Part shown: positions 20,337 to 30,351 of the stretch, one piece after another
How the letters are laid out: each line of letters begins with the position of its first letter
Numbering within the stretch: the first letter of the stretch is position 1
Assembly (NCBI GenBank): GCA_965649295.1
Contig: CBFGKH010000001.1
Coordinates: 288,001-352,000, forward strand
DNA length: 64,000 bases
Reading direction: 5' to 3'
From: a candidate division WOR-3 bacterium
GTDB lineage: Bacteria; Hydrothermota; Tepidihabitantia; Tepidihabitantales; Tepidihabitantaceae
The notes under the pieces: generated by a model
Seen by the model: only the letters and a program-made list of their open reading frames with translations
Database searches by the model: none
What the model was told of the DNA's origin: nothing
Position numbers and translations under genes: made by a program

Positions 20337-21395
20337 ATGAAGTCCGGCTCCAGCAAGCTCGCCGTTCGTATCGGTTCGCTCACAGTCGGCGGCGGCGCTC
20401 CTGTAGCAGTCCAGTCAATGACCAATACCCGCACCGACGATGTCGCGGCCACCGTACGGCAAGTGCGCCGACTAGTCCGTGCTGGCTGTGAGCTCGTCCG
20501 CATCGCTGTTCCCAATGAGACTGCAGCCCACGCCCTGCCTGAAATCCGCCGTCGCGTTGGGGTTGGGACACCCCTTTGCGCCGATATCCACTTCGACCAC
20601 CGCCTAGCCTTGGCCGCTTTGCGAGCCGGATTCGACAAAGTACGCATCAATCCTGGCAACATTGGCACAAAGGCCAAGGTGAAAGAAATAATCCGACTGG
20701 CAGCCGATTGTGGCGCAGCAATCCGCATCGGCGTCAACTCCGGTTCGATTCACCGCTCAATCCTTAGCCGCCACCATCACCCAACGCCAGCAGCGATGGC
20801 CGAAAGCATGGCCCGCTGTCTCGAACCTTTTGAGGAACTCGATTTCCGCAACATCGTCCTTTCGGCCAAAGGTACCGACGTACTCCAGACGATTGAGGTC
20901 AATCGCGAACTGGCCCGGCGCTGGCCTTATCCCCTTCACCTCGGCCTCACCGAGGCCGGCTTGCTCATCCCCGGTGTCATCCGTTCAGCCGCCGCCCTCA
21001 GTGTACTGCTCCTGGAGGGTATCGGCGATACCATTCGGTTCTCACTTACTGCCGATCCAGTCCTGGAGGTTCGGGCCGCCTGGCACCTGTTGACTGCCCT
21101 CGGTCTGCGTCGGCGCGGACCGCAAATCTACTCCTGCCCCACTTGTGGTCGCACGCAGATTGACGTTGCCCGACTAGCCCGGCAGGTCGAGCAAGCACTT
21201 GCCGACACCCAAGCTCCGGTCAAGATTGCGGTTATGGGCTGTGTAGTCAACGGACCGGGTGAGGCACGGGAGGCCGATTTCGGTATCGCCGGTGGTCGCG
21301 GCCGGGGCGTACTCTTTGCTCGTGGCAGGCCCATCAAGACCTGCCCGGAGTCACAACTCGTCCAGGAACTAGTAGCGCTCGTCAGCTGCGATTGA
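20337..21395 (+). CDS. ispG: 4-hydroxy-3-methylbut-2-en-1-yl diphosphate synthase
   Basis: VQSMTNT, ADIHFD, RINPGN, SCPTCGR, MGCVVNGPGE. Confidence 0.97.
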   Translation: MKSGSSKLAVRIGSLTVGGGAPVAVQSMTNTRTDDVAATVRQVRRLVRAGCELVRIAVPNETAAHALPEIRRRVGVGTPLCADIHFDHRLALAALRAGFDKVRINPGNIGTKAKVKEIIRLAADCGAAIRIGVNSGSIHRSILSRHHHPTPAAMAESMARCLEPFEELDFRNIVLSAKGTDVLQTIEVNRELARRWPYPLHLGLTEAGLLIPGVIRSAAALSVLLLEGIGDTIRFSLTADPVLEVRAAWHLLTALGLRRRGPQIYSCPTCGRTQIDVARLARQVEQALADTQAPVKIAVMGCVVNGPGEAREADFGIAGGRGRGVLFARGRPIKTCPESQLVQELVALVSCD

Positions 21396-22828
21396 TGCGA
21401 CCGTTGCTCTTCTCGCTAGCACTGACCGGTCTGGCAGCAGCCTGCACTGTCGGTGTCTTCGCTCCCAGCGCCACAGTTTGCGGTCGCCCACTCCTCTGGA
21501 AAAACCGGGACGTGGATAACGACAATCAGGAAGCTGCCTGGCGTCGTGGTTCACGATATGCCTATGTGACCAACGTCTATGGTTCTGGCGATACGCTTGG
21601 GGCCTGGGGTGGCATCAATGAAGTCGGCTTTGCAATCATGAACTCGAACTCCTACAACCTTTCCGGACTTCGTGACGCCGACGACGGCGCCATAATGGCC
21701 GAGGCGCTTGGGTCATGTGCCACGATTGAAGACTTTGCACGGATTCTCGACTCGACCGGCATCATTGGCCGCACCCAGCCAGCAAACTTTGGTGTCTTTG
21801 ACGCCACTGGTCGCGCGGTCTTCTTCGAAGCAGCGAACACGTTCGACACCATGTTCGAAGCCAACACCGACTCACTGGGATTCCTCCTGCGTGCCAACTA
21901 TTCGATGTCAGGTGACACCATCCGCCTACGGGGCAAAAACCGCTATGAACGAGCAATGCAACTAGTACTGCCAGCCCGGCAGGCCAATCGGATTGACGTA
22001 CCATTCCTTGTTCAGACTCTCTCCCGCGACATGGGACAGACAGACTTTGACCCCTATCCGCTTCCCTTCCGTGACTCGCTCCCTAGCTACCGGTTCGGCT
22101 ATATCCCGGCTGATTCAACCATCTGCCGTCGAACCACACGGTCGGTCGAGATAATGGTCGGGCCAGAGCCAGGCGGACCGGCCAGCCGCGGCATGATGTG
22201 GATTCTGCTCGGCGCGCCCGAAGCAGCCTTACCCATTCCACTATGGGTTCAGGGTGGCCCGGTTCCTGAGGCAATGAATGGCCAGTTGCGCTCGCAGATT
22301 TGCGACGCGGCAATACGCGTCCGCGACTTCATTCGCTCTGACCCGCAGCGGCCGACTGCTGTAAACACATTTCGTCTCCATCTTATCCGTTCCAAGCTGG
22401 CGCCGGTGGAGTCAACGCTATTGAGAATGGTCGCCGATTCTGAAGCAGTCTGGCCTTACGGTCCCAGCGCTGACCAAGCCCGGCGTCTCACCGCCACTGC
22501 CTGTGAGCTAGTACTTCAGGCCTATATTGACCTCTGGGATACCCTCAGCCGCTACGAATGGGGTGACAGCTCGTTCCGAGCTGCTCGGCAGACGCCACCA
22601 CCACCGGTCATCGTCCGTAACCTAGTTCAACTGACTTTGCCCGGAGCTGATTGGCAAGGCTCGGTTCGAGTTGCCGATGCGTTCGGTCGTACAGTTGCCG
22701 TTTTCCCAGACTGTCAGGCAGGCTCGACAATCAACTGGGAAACAGCAAGCATCAGCACCGGTAACTACTTCTTCATCTTTCCTACCAAGGCCCGAGTTCC
22801 GACCCACCGCATAACTATAGTTCGCTGA
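21395..22828 (+). CDS. Secreted Ntn-hydrolase (peptidase C45/acyltransferase-like) with a T9SS-like C-terminal domain
   Basis: Signal peptide then 'CT...GRPLLWKNRD' (N-terminal Cys nucleophile) and 'GINEVGFAIMNS'. Confidence 0.8.
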   Translation: MRPLLFSLALTGLAAACTVGVFAPSATVCGRPLLWKNRDVDNDNQEAAWRRGSRYAYVTNVYGSGDTLGAWGGINEVGFAIMNSNSYNLSGLRDADDGAIMAEALGSCATIEDFARILDSTGIIGRTQPANFGVFDATGRAVFFEAANTFDTMFEANTDSLGFLLRANYSMSGDTIRLRGKNRYERAMQLVLPARQANRIDVPFLVQTLSRDMGQTDFDPYPLPFRDSLPSYRFGYIPADSTICRRTTRSVEIMVGPEPGGPASRGMMWILLGAPEAALPIPLWVQGGPVPEAMNGQLRSQICDAAIRVRDFIRSDPQRPTAVNTFRLHLIRSKLAPVESTLLRMVADSEAVWPYGPSADQARRLTATACELVLQAYIDLWDTLSRYEWGDSSFRAARQTPPPPVIVRNLVQLTLPGADWQGSVRVADAFGRTVAVFPDCQAGSTINWETASISTGNYFFIFPTKARVPTHRITIVR

Positions 22829-23585
22829 ACAAGGCCGCGCCCAGCGCTGCCGACAGCAGTGGCTGCTCCGCCGCAGTCACGGGCAGACCGAACGCTGACT
22901 CCAGCTCGGCGCGCATTGCCGGATTCTGCGCCACCCCGCCGGTGAAGACCACCGGCGGCTCGACATGCAACCGAGCTGCCATGTTGGCTATGCGCCGGGC
23001 CAGGGCTGCGTGCAGACCCGCAATGATATCGCCAACCGGCGTATCCGCGGCCAGCAGCGAGAGTATCTCCGACTCGGCCATCACGACACAAAGGCTCGAT
23101 ATCGGCACTGGCCGTTGCGAATCAAGCGCCAACCGACCGAAATCGGCAAGCGGCACCGCCAAGGTCCTCGCCATGACTGACAGGAACTGTCCGGTACCGG
23201 CTGCGCAGCGGTCATTCATTACAAAGTCGCGCACCCGACCATTTTCATCCAGCACCAACACCTTTGAGTCCTGACCGCCAATGTCAACTATTGTCCGACA
23301 CTCCGGATACAGAAACCTGATACCCAGTGCTGCGGCCTTGATCTCGGTTATCGTTCTAGTGGCAGCATAAACAGTATTCCGGGCGTAGCCGGTGGCAACA
23401 ACCATCCCAATCCTGTCGGCCAGTTCGGGATGCTCGACCCGACACCGCTCTTGCAACCGGGCAGCGGTCTCACGCGGTCGTGGTCCGGTTGGCTCTACCA
23501 GCGTACAGATGGTTTGACCGGTCTGGCGGTCAAGGACGACAAGCTTGGTGTTTACCGAACCAACATCAATTCCGGCAACTATCAT
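22815..23585 (-). CDS. ATP-dependent Fe-S activator (HgdC/BadG/benzoyl-CoA reductase activase family)
   Basis: GIDVGS..TK, TGY, DIGGQDSK, MNDRCAAGTGQFL, SSLCVVMAESE, GGVA.N. Confidence 0.93.
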   Translation of the reverse strand: MIVAGIDVGSVNTKLVVLDRQTGQTICTLVEPTGPRPRETAARLQERCRVEHPELADRIGMVVATGYARNTVYAATRTITEIKAAALGIRFLYPECRTIVDIGGQDSKVLVLDENGRVRDFVMNDRCAAGTGQFLSVMARTLAVPLADFGRLALDSQRPVPISSLCVVMAESEILSLLAADTPVGDIIAGLHAALARRIANMAARLHVEPPVVFTGGVAQNPAMRAELESAFGLPVTAAEQPLLSAALGAALFSEL

Positions 23586-24646
23586 CGTTGACCTCCGACC
23601 TTCCTCCAACCCGGCCAAGCATCGTTCCGACCGACCTCTTTCGCGACGGCAACAAATGCCTGAACGTTCTCGAACGGAGTGTCAATCGGCACTTCGCAGC
23701 CAGTCGCAGCCACGAACCCTTTCGGACACCTTTGTCCCTGCTCAACCATCTCCGCAACCGCAGTTCCTATCTCCTGCTCTGTCCCCAGCAGGATGTCGCT
23801 CGTGCTCAGATTGCCGACAATCCGCACCCGTTCGCCAACGAGGGCAACTGCTTCCGAGATTTGGAGCCGGTCAATACTCACTAGGTCAGCCCCGGTATCA
23901 GGCATCAGCGCGACTATCGAGCCGGTATCACCGCAGATATGAAGCACGATGTCAAGGTCGTAACGGTGAAGATAGTTGATAACTTGCTTCTCCCAGGGCA
24001 GAGCAAACTCCCGATACTGCTCAGCCGAGATGACGCTACCAGAGGCCAGCGGGTCAACCAGCACCGGCAATCCTCCCGCGCCGATTATCGCCCGACAGAG
24101 ACTGATGCATGACTTGCTCGCGTAGGCAAGTAGCTCGTGCACCTGTTCGGGCATGGTCAGCAAGCCGGTAAGAAACGCCTCTTGGTCCACCAACTGCTGG
24201 GCGGTGGTGAATGGTGCCGGCACGTAGGCGACGATCGGTACCGTATCGCCACGAGCCTCATAGGCATAGCTGATGGCATCGAGATAGACACGCAGGCGGC
24301 CATCGTGCCATGGATCAACTACCGCGTCATCAGCATTTCCGAGATCGTTCCACTTCGGCCGGTCGAGTAGCGGCAGGTCGTCATCAGGATAGTAGTATCT
24401 AGAACCCAATGCTTCAGCGACAAGTCCGACCTCGGAAAAGAACGTAATGAAGTCAATGCCGTATCGCTCTTGGGCCAAAAGCTGACAACGTGCCATCACA
24501 TCGCCCTGGGTATAGTAGTCGCGGATGGGCGTACCGGCAACGCGGGCGGCGTGAGCGGTGACCAGCGGATAGACCGGCACCCGGTCCTGCGGCTCGTCAA
24601 TTACCAGCAGGCCGAAGCGCTCGCGGGGAGTCAATGGCTCACGCAT
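23582..24646 (-). CDS. UroD-fold methylcobamide methyltransferase (MtaA/CmuA-like)
   Basis: DRVPVYP, EALG, LHICG zinc motif, C-terminal GCE. Confidence 0.85.
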   Translation of the reverse strand: MREPLTPRERFGLLVIDEPQDRVPVYPLVTAHAARVAGTPIRDYYTQGDVMARCQLLAQERYGIDFITFFSEVGLVAEALGSRYYYPDDDLPLLDRPKWNDLGNADDAVVDPWHDGRLRVYLDAISYAYEARGDTVPIVAYVPAPFTTAQQLVDQEAFLTGLLTMPEQVHELLAYASKSCISLCRAIIGAGGLPVLVDPLASGSVISAEQYREFALPWEKQVINYLHRYDLDIVLHICGDTGSIVALMPDTGADLVSIDRLQISEAVALVGERVRIVGNLSTSDILLGTEQEIGTAVAEMVEQGQRCPKGFVAATGCEVPIDTPFENVQAFVAVAKEVGRNDAWPGWRKVGGQR

Positions 24647-24649
24647 CTC

Positions 24650-26044
24650 TCACCTCCGGCTTCTCAAGACCTCCAGAAACGCATCAATCCTCGTCTGCAA
24701 TTGGCGGTCAACCTCCCGGGCTGGCGGCGCGACATCAAACTCGAGAACCGGCAGACCGAGTTCCTGCTTTACCTGTTCGGCAATCAGGCCTGACTCCATC
24801 GCACAATGCGACCCGCCAAAGACATTGGCGATGATCACGCCCTCGGCTCGATTCTCTCGCGCCTGTTCGATAATCCGGGATGTGCGCTGTCGCGAAGTAC
24901 CGATAAGCGACGCCTGCATAAACGACTCAGCAATCGCTGGCAGGGGTGGCTTTGTCTCGTCGATAATCGCCAGCGCCTGATTAATGACATACTCGGTGCC
25001 GACTACCCGCGCGCCGGCATCCTCCACATAGGTCAATAGCAGAGGTTCGGCCGGTGGCGTAACCCAGACAAGCCGCAACGCATCAGGCGAGAGCGGCCGC
25101 TGCCCCGTCCTGACTCTTTCCTCGGCAGTTGCCACTAGGTGCTCGAGCACACTGGACCACTCACCGATGTCGGAGTAGTAGTGGAGGTTACCAAACTCAA
25201 TGACCATCATCTCGAGCGCTGGCAGCGCCGCATTGCGGTAACCAAGCTCTCGCAATCGAGAGACAAGTCGGCGCACACGGTTAGCTCGACGTACGCCCGC
25301 TCGCAGCTCATCCTGAGTCAACCGATGACAGGTTAGCTCCTCAAGCCGAGTAATAACACGCTCGTACTCTGCCACCAGCAACCTGACCGCTGCCTCGGTA
25401 TCAGCCTGCGCTTCGCCTGTCGCAATCCGACATTCCCGCCGCATCGGCTCCTCAACCCACACGACTTCGCTAGCAATGTCCGCCACCAGTTGCTCGACGC
25501 CAGAAAAGTCATCACAGGACGCACCCGTCGAGGCAATCACCAGTTCGGGGTCTGGGAAATAGGCATGCTTAGCAAAGGCTCCCAGCGCAGCCCGCGAGAA
25601 ACAGGTTCCCTCGCCGATGCCAAGTTCAGCCGCCGCATCGAACAGCACCTTCGACTCCATTACAAACGGAGTCCACCAAATGCAGTCAGGGTAGAACGCT
25701 ACACAATCGGGAAATGAGTTCACGATAACCGGCAATGCCCCAAGATCACCCATCGTTGCAATGACCCGGCGGCCAAGCTGCCTGGCCCGAAACAACCGCT
25801 CTGTCTCATTCTGAACAAATCCCCACAGCCGCAGCGCCGCCAGGGAATTATCGAACCGAAGCCGCCGCAGGTGCCGCATACCGTAGATGGCAAAAGTTTG
25901 GGGTGGAAATAGATACTTAGAGAATCCTTCCTGGTTCGGAGGAAAGTAGTGGTAACGCTCAATCAGCTCATCCGGCACTCGCTCAAATAGCTCCTGCCAT
26001 TCAGCAAACCCAATTCGCTTCGGCTCTGGATCTATCCAGCCCAT
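24650..26044 (-). CDS. 2-hydroxyacyl-CoA dehydratase/double-cubane reductase-like Fe-S subunit
   Basis: ASCDD; C-terminal 'EGVI...SHC...LPVLEFD...QLQTRIDAFLE'. Confidence 0.8.
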   Translation of the reverse strand: MGWIDPEPKRIGFAEWQELFERVPDELIERYHYFPPNQEGFSKYLFPPQTFAIYGMRHLRRLRFDNSLAALRLWGFVQNETERLFRARQLGRRVIATMGDLGALPVIVNSFPDCVAFYPDCIWWTPFVMESKVLFDAAAELGIGEGTCFSRAALGAFAKHAYFPDPELVIASTGASCDDFSGVEQLVADIASEVVWVEEPMRRECRIATGEAQADTEAAVRLLVAEYERVITRLEELTCHRLTQDELRAGVRRANRVRRLVSRLRELGYRNAALPALEMMVIEFGNLHYYSDIGEWSSVLEHLVATAEERVRTGQRPLSPDALRLVWVTPPAEPLLLTYVEDAGARVVGTEYVINQALAIIDETKPPLPAIAESFMQASLIGTSRQRTSRIIEQARENRAEGVIIANVFGGSHCAMESGLIAEQVKQELGLPVLEFDVAPPAREVDRQLQTRIDAFLEVLRSRR

Positions 26045-26060
26045 CAGGTCCTACCCTTGC

Positions 26061-27149
26061 TCACAACATCTCCAGAAATGCCTCAACCCGGGTGCGCACC
26101 TGCTCCCGGTTCTCCTGCGAGTAGTCAGTATCGAGGTGGAGCACGGGCAGACCGACAGCAGTCTTCAACCGCTTCGCCTCGAAGTTCCAAGGGTCGCAGT
26201 AAAGCAGAGTCTTGTACACAATCCCCAGTACCTGCCGCGCCCGGGCCAGCCGACGGATATAGTCGTAAAGGCCGTCGTTCGGCCGACGGAAAGCACAAGG
26301 AACCCGGCAGTAGTAACCAGCGGCCAGACCCTCCATTGGGTCCGGCGTAATCGGAACGTCATCGGCATACGAACGACTGCCGGTGCAGAGGAAGTCGGCA
26401 ACGATATTCGCCTGCTGTTCGATCAATTCCAGTAGCCAGCGATCCTCAACGGCGAGGATGCTACCGCCGATCATCAGCCGCGGCACGTGTCCAAACAAAA
26501 CCCGCTGCTCGCTCGGCAGGGCCTTCAACATCTCAACCGCCCGTTCTGGCGCTAGTAGCCAAGCCAGAGCTACAAGGTCAAGCAAACGGCGCTGACTTGG
26601 CCCGGTCACAACTGACCGTCGCTCGTCAAGTTCCCGTAGCACTGCCCGCAGTTGATTGTAACTGACCGTCGCGGCTCGGATTGACTCATCACTTGCCCGG
26701 ATGCCGGTGAGGCTAGCCAGCTCAAGCCGTAGCTGTTCGAGCTGACGCCGAAACTCAGCCAGCCGCTGGGGCAGCGGCTCACTCGTGCGTGGCAGATAGA
26801 CCTGCAGCACCGGCCGGCCGAAATAGCGCTCGATTGACTCTGGCAGTCGCCGCATCATGTCGCAGGTATTGACAGCAACGACCGCATCGGTCAATCGGTA
26901 CAGCGGATCGAGCTCAAATCCACCCAAACAGCTCTTGCAAAAAGAACACGCATCAGCTCGCAGGTATTTGCTGCCGACCAGTTCTGCGGAGTAGCTACCA
27001 TGTTCAAGTCGCACCGGTATTGCGCCGGCCGCCGCAATCAACTCCACCGGCGCGTAGTTGCACAGATAGCCGATGACCTTCCCTCCCTGGCCGCGCGACC
27101 CTTCAATCTCAGCCAATCGCTGAGTTCGCAACTCGACTAGTCTGTCCAT
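26061..27149 (-). CDS. 2-hydroxyacyl-CoA dehydratase/double-cubane reductase-like Fe-S subunit
   Basis: GYLCNYAPVELIAAAG, CSFCK, TCD, CTG, PCA, YCD, TRVEAFLE. Confidence 0.87.
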   Translation of the reverse strand: MDRLVELRTQRLAEIEGSRGQGGKVIGYLCNYAPVELIAAAGAIPVRLEHGSYSAELVGSKYLRADACSFCKSCLGGFELDPLYRLTDAVVAVNTCDMMRRLPESIERYFGRPVLQVYLPRTSEPLPQRLAEFRRQLEQLRLELASLTGIRASDESIRAATVSYNQLRAVLRELDERRSVVTGPSQRRLLDLVALAWLLAPERAVEMLKALPSEQRVLFGHVPRLMIGGSILAVEDRWLLELIEQQANIVADFLCTGSRSYADDVPITPDPMEGLAAGYYCRVPCAFRRPNDGLYDYIRRLARARQVLGIVYKTLLYCDPWNFEAKRLKTAVGLPVLHLDTDYSQENREQVRTRVEAFLEML

Positions 27150-28522
27150 GGCTCCAGACTCATTCCATCAACAAACACCGTCTCAAACCTAGGGTCCTCC
27201 GCTAGTAACAACTCGCTGCACTGCTCGGCCAGCCTCTCGCTCAGCTGTAACCGGTCTGGACTGAGCGCTGCCTGCACCGCCCCGCGCAGAGCCAAGTTCC
27301 CATGCTGCCGCACTCGGTCAAGCGACAGAGTCGGCAGCAGGCCAATTGCCATTGCCGAACGCGGATTCAGCGCCGCTCCAAACTTGCCGGTGACATGCAG
27401 CCGGTAGATATCTGCCACCCGCGCACCCCACTCTCGAAGGAGCAACCGGACAGCAGCCATAATCGCGCCCTTAGCCAGTTGCACCGCCCGCAAATCATCC
27501 TGACTCAAGAAGACATGCCGGCCCAGTTCGAGTCGGCCGGCCCTGACTCTGCCTGATCGGTTAATCAGTCCCAAGCGCAGCCCACAGGCCACTGCATCGA
27601 CCACCCCTGAACCGCAGATGCTCCTGGGCTCGCTCTGACCGACAACACTAGCTACCAGTCGCCCCCCTCGTATCGCTACCGCCCTGATTGCTCCGCGTAT
27701 AGCAAGACTGCCGCACGCAAGCGTTGCCCCCTCAAATGCCGGCCCGGCCGCCGTCGAGCAGACAAGCAACCGCTCACAATTGCCTATTACCACCTCACCG
27801 TTGGTGCCGGCATCAATAAGCAATCCCAGTCGCCGACTACGCCAGATTCCTGATGCCAGTATTGCCGCAGTGCAGTCGCTGCCCACAAAGCTGCCCAGCA
27901 AAGGCAGTATCCGCAGCCGCAGACCACCGGCCGCAAACCGCAGCACTCTTTTGAGTGGCAGTCTTGAGCGATAAGGGTACTCGCCGAGGCTCGCCGGACT
28001 CTTCCGGGCGAGAAAATGCGCCATCACCGTGTTCCCAACCGCGACCAGCTCCTGTCTGCGGCTCACCCCATGACCTTCGGCAAATCCGGCGATCAACTTA
28101 TGCAGCCCGGCTTTCATCGCCCTAGCCCCGGCCCTAATCCGGCTCATCACATCTGCTCCGAATGGTAACTGAGGGTTGAGAGCATCCTGCCGGGCAACAA
28201 TCCTACCCGACTCACTATCTACGACCGCAAGAGCGACCGTCGTCGTGCCGACATCAGCGACAAGCTTGCGCGACACACCCGCGTATTGGCGTCTTGACTG
28301 TCGTGTCCTAGTGTTGGCGACGGCTGGTCTCACCCCGCTGACTTTCACCACTTCTGTCGGGACGTACCGGCACGCGAACACTCGGCGAGTGCCAGTCGAA
28401 TCGGTGACAGTGACGCGGCACTTGCCACAAGTACCGGCGCCACCGCAGTCCGACGTAACGCGCACACCCCGTTCCTGCAGCAGCCGCAGCAACGTCTGCC
28501 TGGCCCTCGGCACAATCCTCAC
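27137..28522 (-). CDS. Corrinoid reductive activator (RACo/RamA-like ASKHA protein with a 2Fe-2S domain)
   Basis: CGGAGTCGKC, DVGTTT, NPQ..FGADVMSR, DAGTNGE, AAGPAFEG, ICGSG, QLAKGA. Confidence 0.9.
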   Translation of the reverse strand: MRIVPRARQTLLRLLQERGVRVTSDCGGAGTCGKCRVTVTDSTGTRRVFACRYVPTEVVKVSGVRPAVANTRTRQSRRQYAGVSRKLVADVGTTTVALAVVDSESGRIVARQDALNPQLPFGADVMSRIRAGARAMKAGLHKLIAGFAEGHGVSRRQELVAVGNTVMAHFLARKSPASLGEYPYRSRLPLKRVLRFAAGGLRLRILPLLGSFVGSDCTAAILASGIWRSRRLGLLIDAGTNGEVVIGNCERLLVCSTAAGPAFEGATLACGSLAIRGAIRAVAIRGGRLVASVVGQSEPRSICGSGVVDAVACGLRLGLINRSGRVRAGRLELGRHVFLSQDDLRAVQLAKGAIMAAVRLLLREWGARVADIYRLHVTGKFGAALNPRSAMAIGLLPTLSLDRVRQHGNLALRGAVQAALSPDRLQLSERLAEQCSELLLAEDPRFETVFVDGMSLEPWTD

Positions 28523-29541
28523 TGCACCGTCTGCCCTTTGTTACCTTCGGACTGCTCCTCCCGCCCTGCCGCCACAACCGCCTGCACGTTCTCCTTCGGC
28601 GTGTCCGGCGGCACGTCGCAGCTCGTCGAGAGCAACAGGTTCGGCCCGCCAGTGGCAAGACACAGCCGAGCCGCGGCGGTCACTTGGTCGGCACTGCCCT
28701 GTAGCAACAGGTGAGTGGAGACATTACCCATCAGAACAATACCTGGGCCGACTTCAGCCCGGACCCATTCCAGGTCCATCTCATCCAGACTCAGTAGGTC
28801 GGCTCGCGTCGCGACCATTTGCTTCAGGATGTGCCGAGTTTCACCACAGATGTGCAGGCCACAGCGACTGCCGTTCTCGTGGATAGCAGCAACGAGCTGG
28901 GCAAGACCAGGCTGGGCGAACTCACGGAAAATGCTCGAACCGACCATGCTACCAGAAGCCACCGGATCACCGATAAATGGCACACCACCGGCTTTGATGA
29001 TTGCCTCAGCGTAGCGCACCTGGTTCTCAAGCGCCAGCCGGAGAAACTCCCGGGCCCGCTCCGGATTGTCAATCAAATCCGCAAGAAAGCCCTCAATACC
29101 ACGCAGAAAAGACGCAAGCGAGAACGGGCCCTTGAGCGATACCAGCACCGGTGCCTCACCGTTGAGCAGTTTCGTTAGCCGACGCGTCGTCTCGAGCACC
29201 ACTGGCATGCGGCCATCCTTTTCTGGCTCGGCCGGCTCCAGCTTCGACACGCGGGGCGGTTCGAGCAGAAACGGGTCGTCGTCTTCGGGGATGATTATCT
29301 GGGCACCCATCGCCTCAGCCTCGACCATTGTGTCGGTAAAGACCATCACCAGGTCGTAGCCATAGTACCGATACGCTGCATAGAGCACCCGGCTCAGTAC
29401 GTCCGCGTCCGTCACCGCTTCCGCTATTGAGTAACCTTCAAGCCGTGCCGCATGATTAGCCACGACCATCGGAAACACAACCGGTGCATCCGGCTTCTCG
29501 CCGCGCAACAGTTGGGCAAACCGCTTTGCCTTGTCCTTCAT
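28519..29541 (-). CDS. UroD-fold methylcobamide methyltransferase (MtaA/CmuA-like)
   Basis: VEAEAMGA, GPFSLA, LHICG, C-terminal SCD. Confidence 0.87.
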   Translation of the reverse strand: MKDKAKRFAQLLRGEKPDAPVVFPMVVANHAARLEGYSIAEAVTDADVLSRVLYAAYRYYGYDLVMVFTDTMVEAEAMGAQIIIPEDDDPFLLEPPRVSKLEPAEPEKDGRMPVVLETTRRLTKLLNGEAPVLVSLKGPFSLASFLRGIEGFLADLIDNPERAREFLRLALENQVRYAEAIIKAGGVPFIGDPVASGSMVGSSIFREFAQPGLAQLVAAIHENGSRCGLHICGETRHILKQMVATRADLLSLDEMDLEWVRAEVGPGIVLMGNVSTHLLLQGSADQVTAAARLCLATGGPNLLLSTSCDVPPDTPKENVQAVVAAGREEQSEGNKGQTVQ

Positions 29542-29658
29542 CAGCCTCGTGACCTTGTAACGGCTCTCATCTTTGTATCTTGGTGCTCGTGACAGTTCTT
29601 CCTTTGCCCGAACCCACCAGCGCCCTTCTTCGTGCCCTCGTCTCCTTCGTGATTTGTC

Positions 29659-30306
29659 CTAAGTCTCGCTGACCAGACGTTCGACTTCCCGCACTGCCGC
29701 GTAGGCATCGGCTGCATAGCCATCAGCACCAATCCGGCGAGCAAACTCAGCCGTGACTGGCGCACCGCCGACAATCACCCGCACCTGCTGCCGCAACCCG
29801 GCTTTGTCCAGCAGTTCGATGACCTTCCCCATCTTTGGCATCGTCGTTGTCATCAGCGACGACATCCCCAGCACCGCTGCACCGTACTCGCTAGCTGCCT
29901 TCACAAAACCATCGAGAAACACGTTGCGACCAAGGTCAATGACCTCAAACCCGGCTGCCTGCACCATCACCTTGACGATATTCTTGCCAATATCGTGGAT
30001 ATCGCCCTGCACCACACCCAGAATTACCCGGCCCCGGCTCTGAGGAAGCGCGCCGATATGCTCTTTCAGGATGTCGAACCCGGCGTACATCGCCCGCGAT
30101 GCAAGCAATACTTCCGGCACAAAACACTCCTTCGCCGCGTAGCGCTCACCCATTCGGCGCATTCCAACAGCAAGGCCATTAGTGATGGCATCCTGCGGCG
30201 ATAGCCCCAGTTGAATTACCCGGTGGGCAAGTTCGACCACTCGCTCGGGCTTCATCGCCACCACTGCCTCGGCCAGTTGCCCAAATAGGGGATGATTCTC
30301 ACTCAT
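29659..30306 (-). CDS. Corrinoid (B12-binding) protein, MtaC/MttC-like
   Basis: FVPEVL, GDIHDIGKNIV (DxHxxG), SSLMTTT, GGAP. Confidence 0.93.
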   Translation of the reverse strand: MSENHPLFGQLAEAVVAMKPERVVELAHRVIQLGLSPQDAITNGLAVGMRRMGERYAAKECFVPEVLLASRAMYAGFDILKEHIGALPQSRGRVILGVVQGDIHDIGKNIVKVMVQAAGFEVIDLGRNVFLDGFVKAASEYGAAVLGMSSLMTTTMPKMGKVIELLDKAGLRQQVRVIVGGAPVTAEFARRIGADGYAADAYAAVREVERLVSET

Positions 30307-30351
30307 TGCTAGAGGATAGCGCAGCCACCAGCCTGAGCAAATCTAGTCCAA

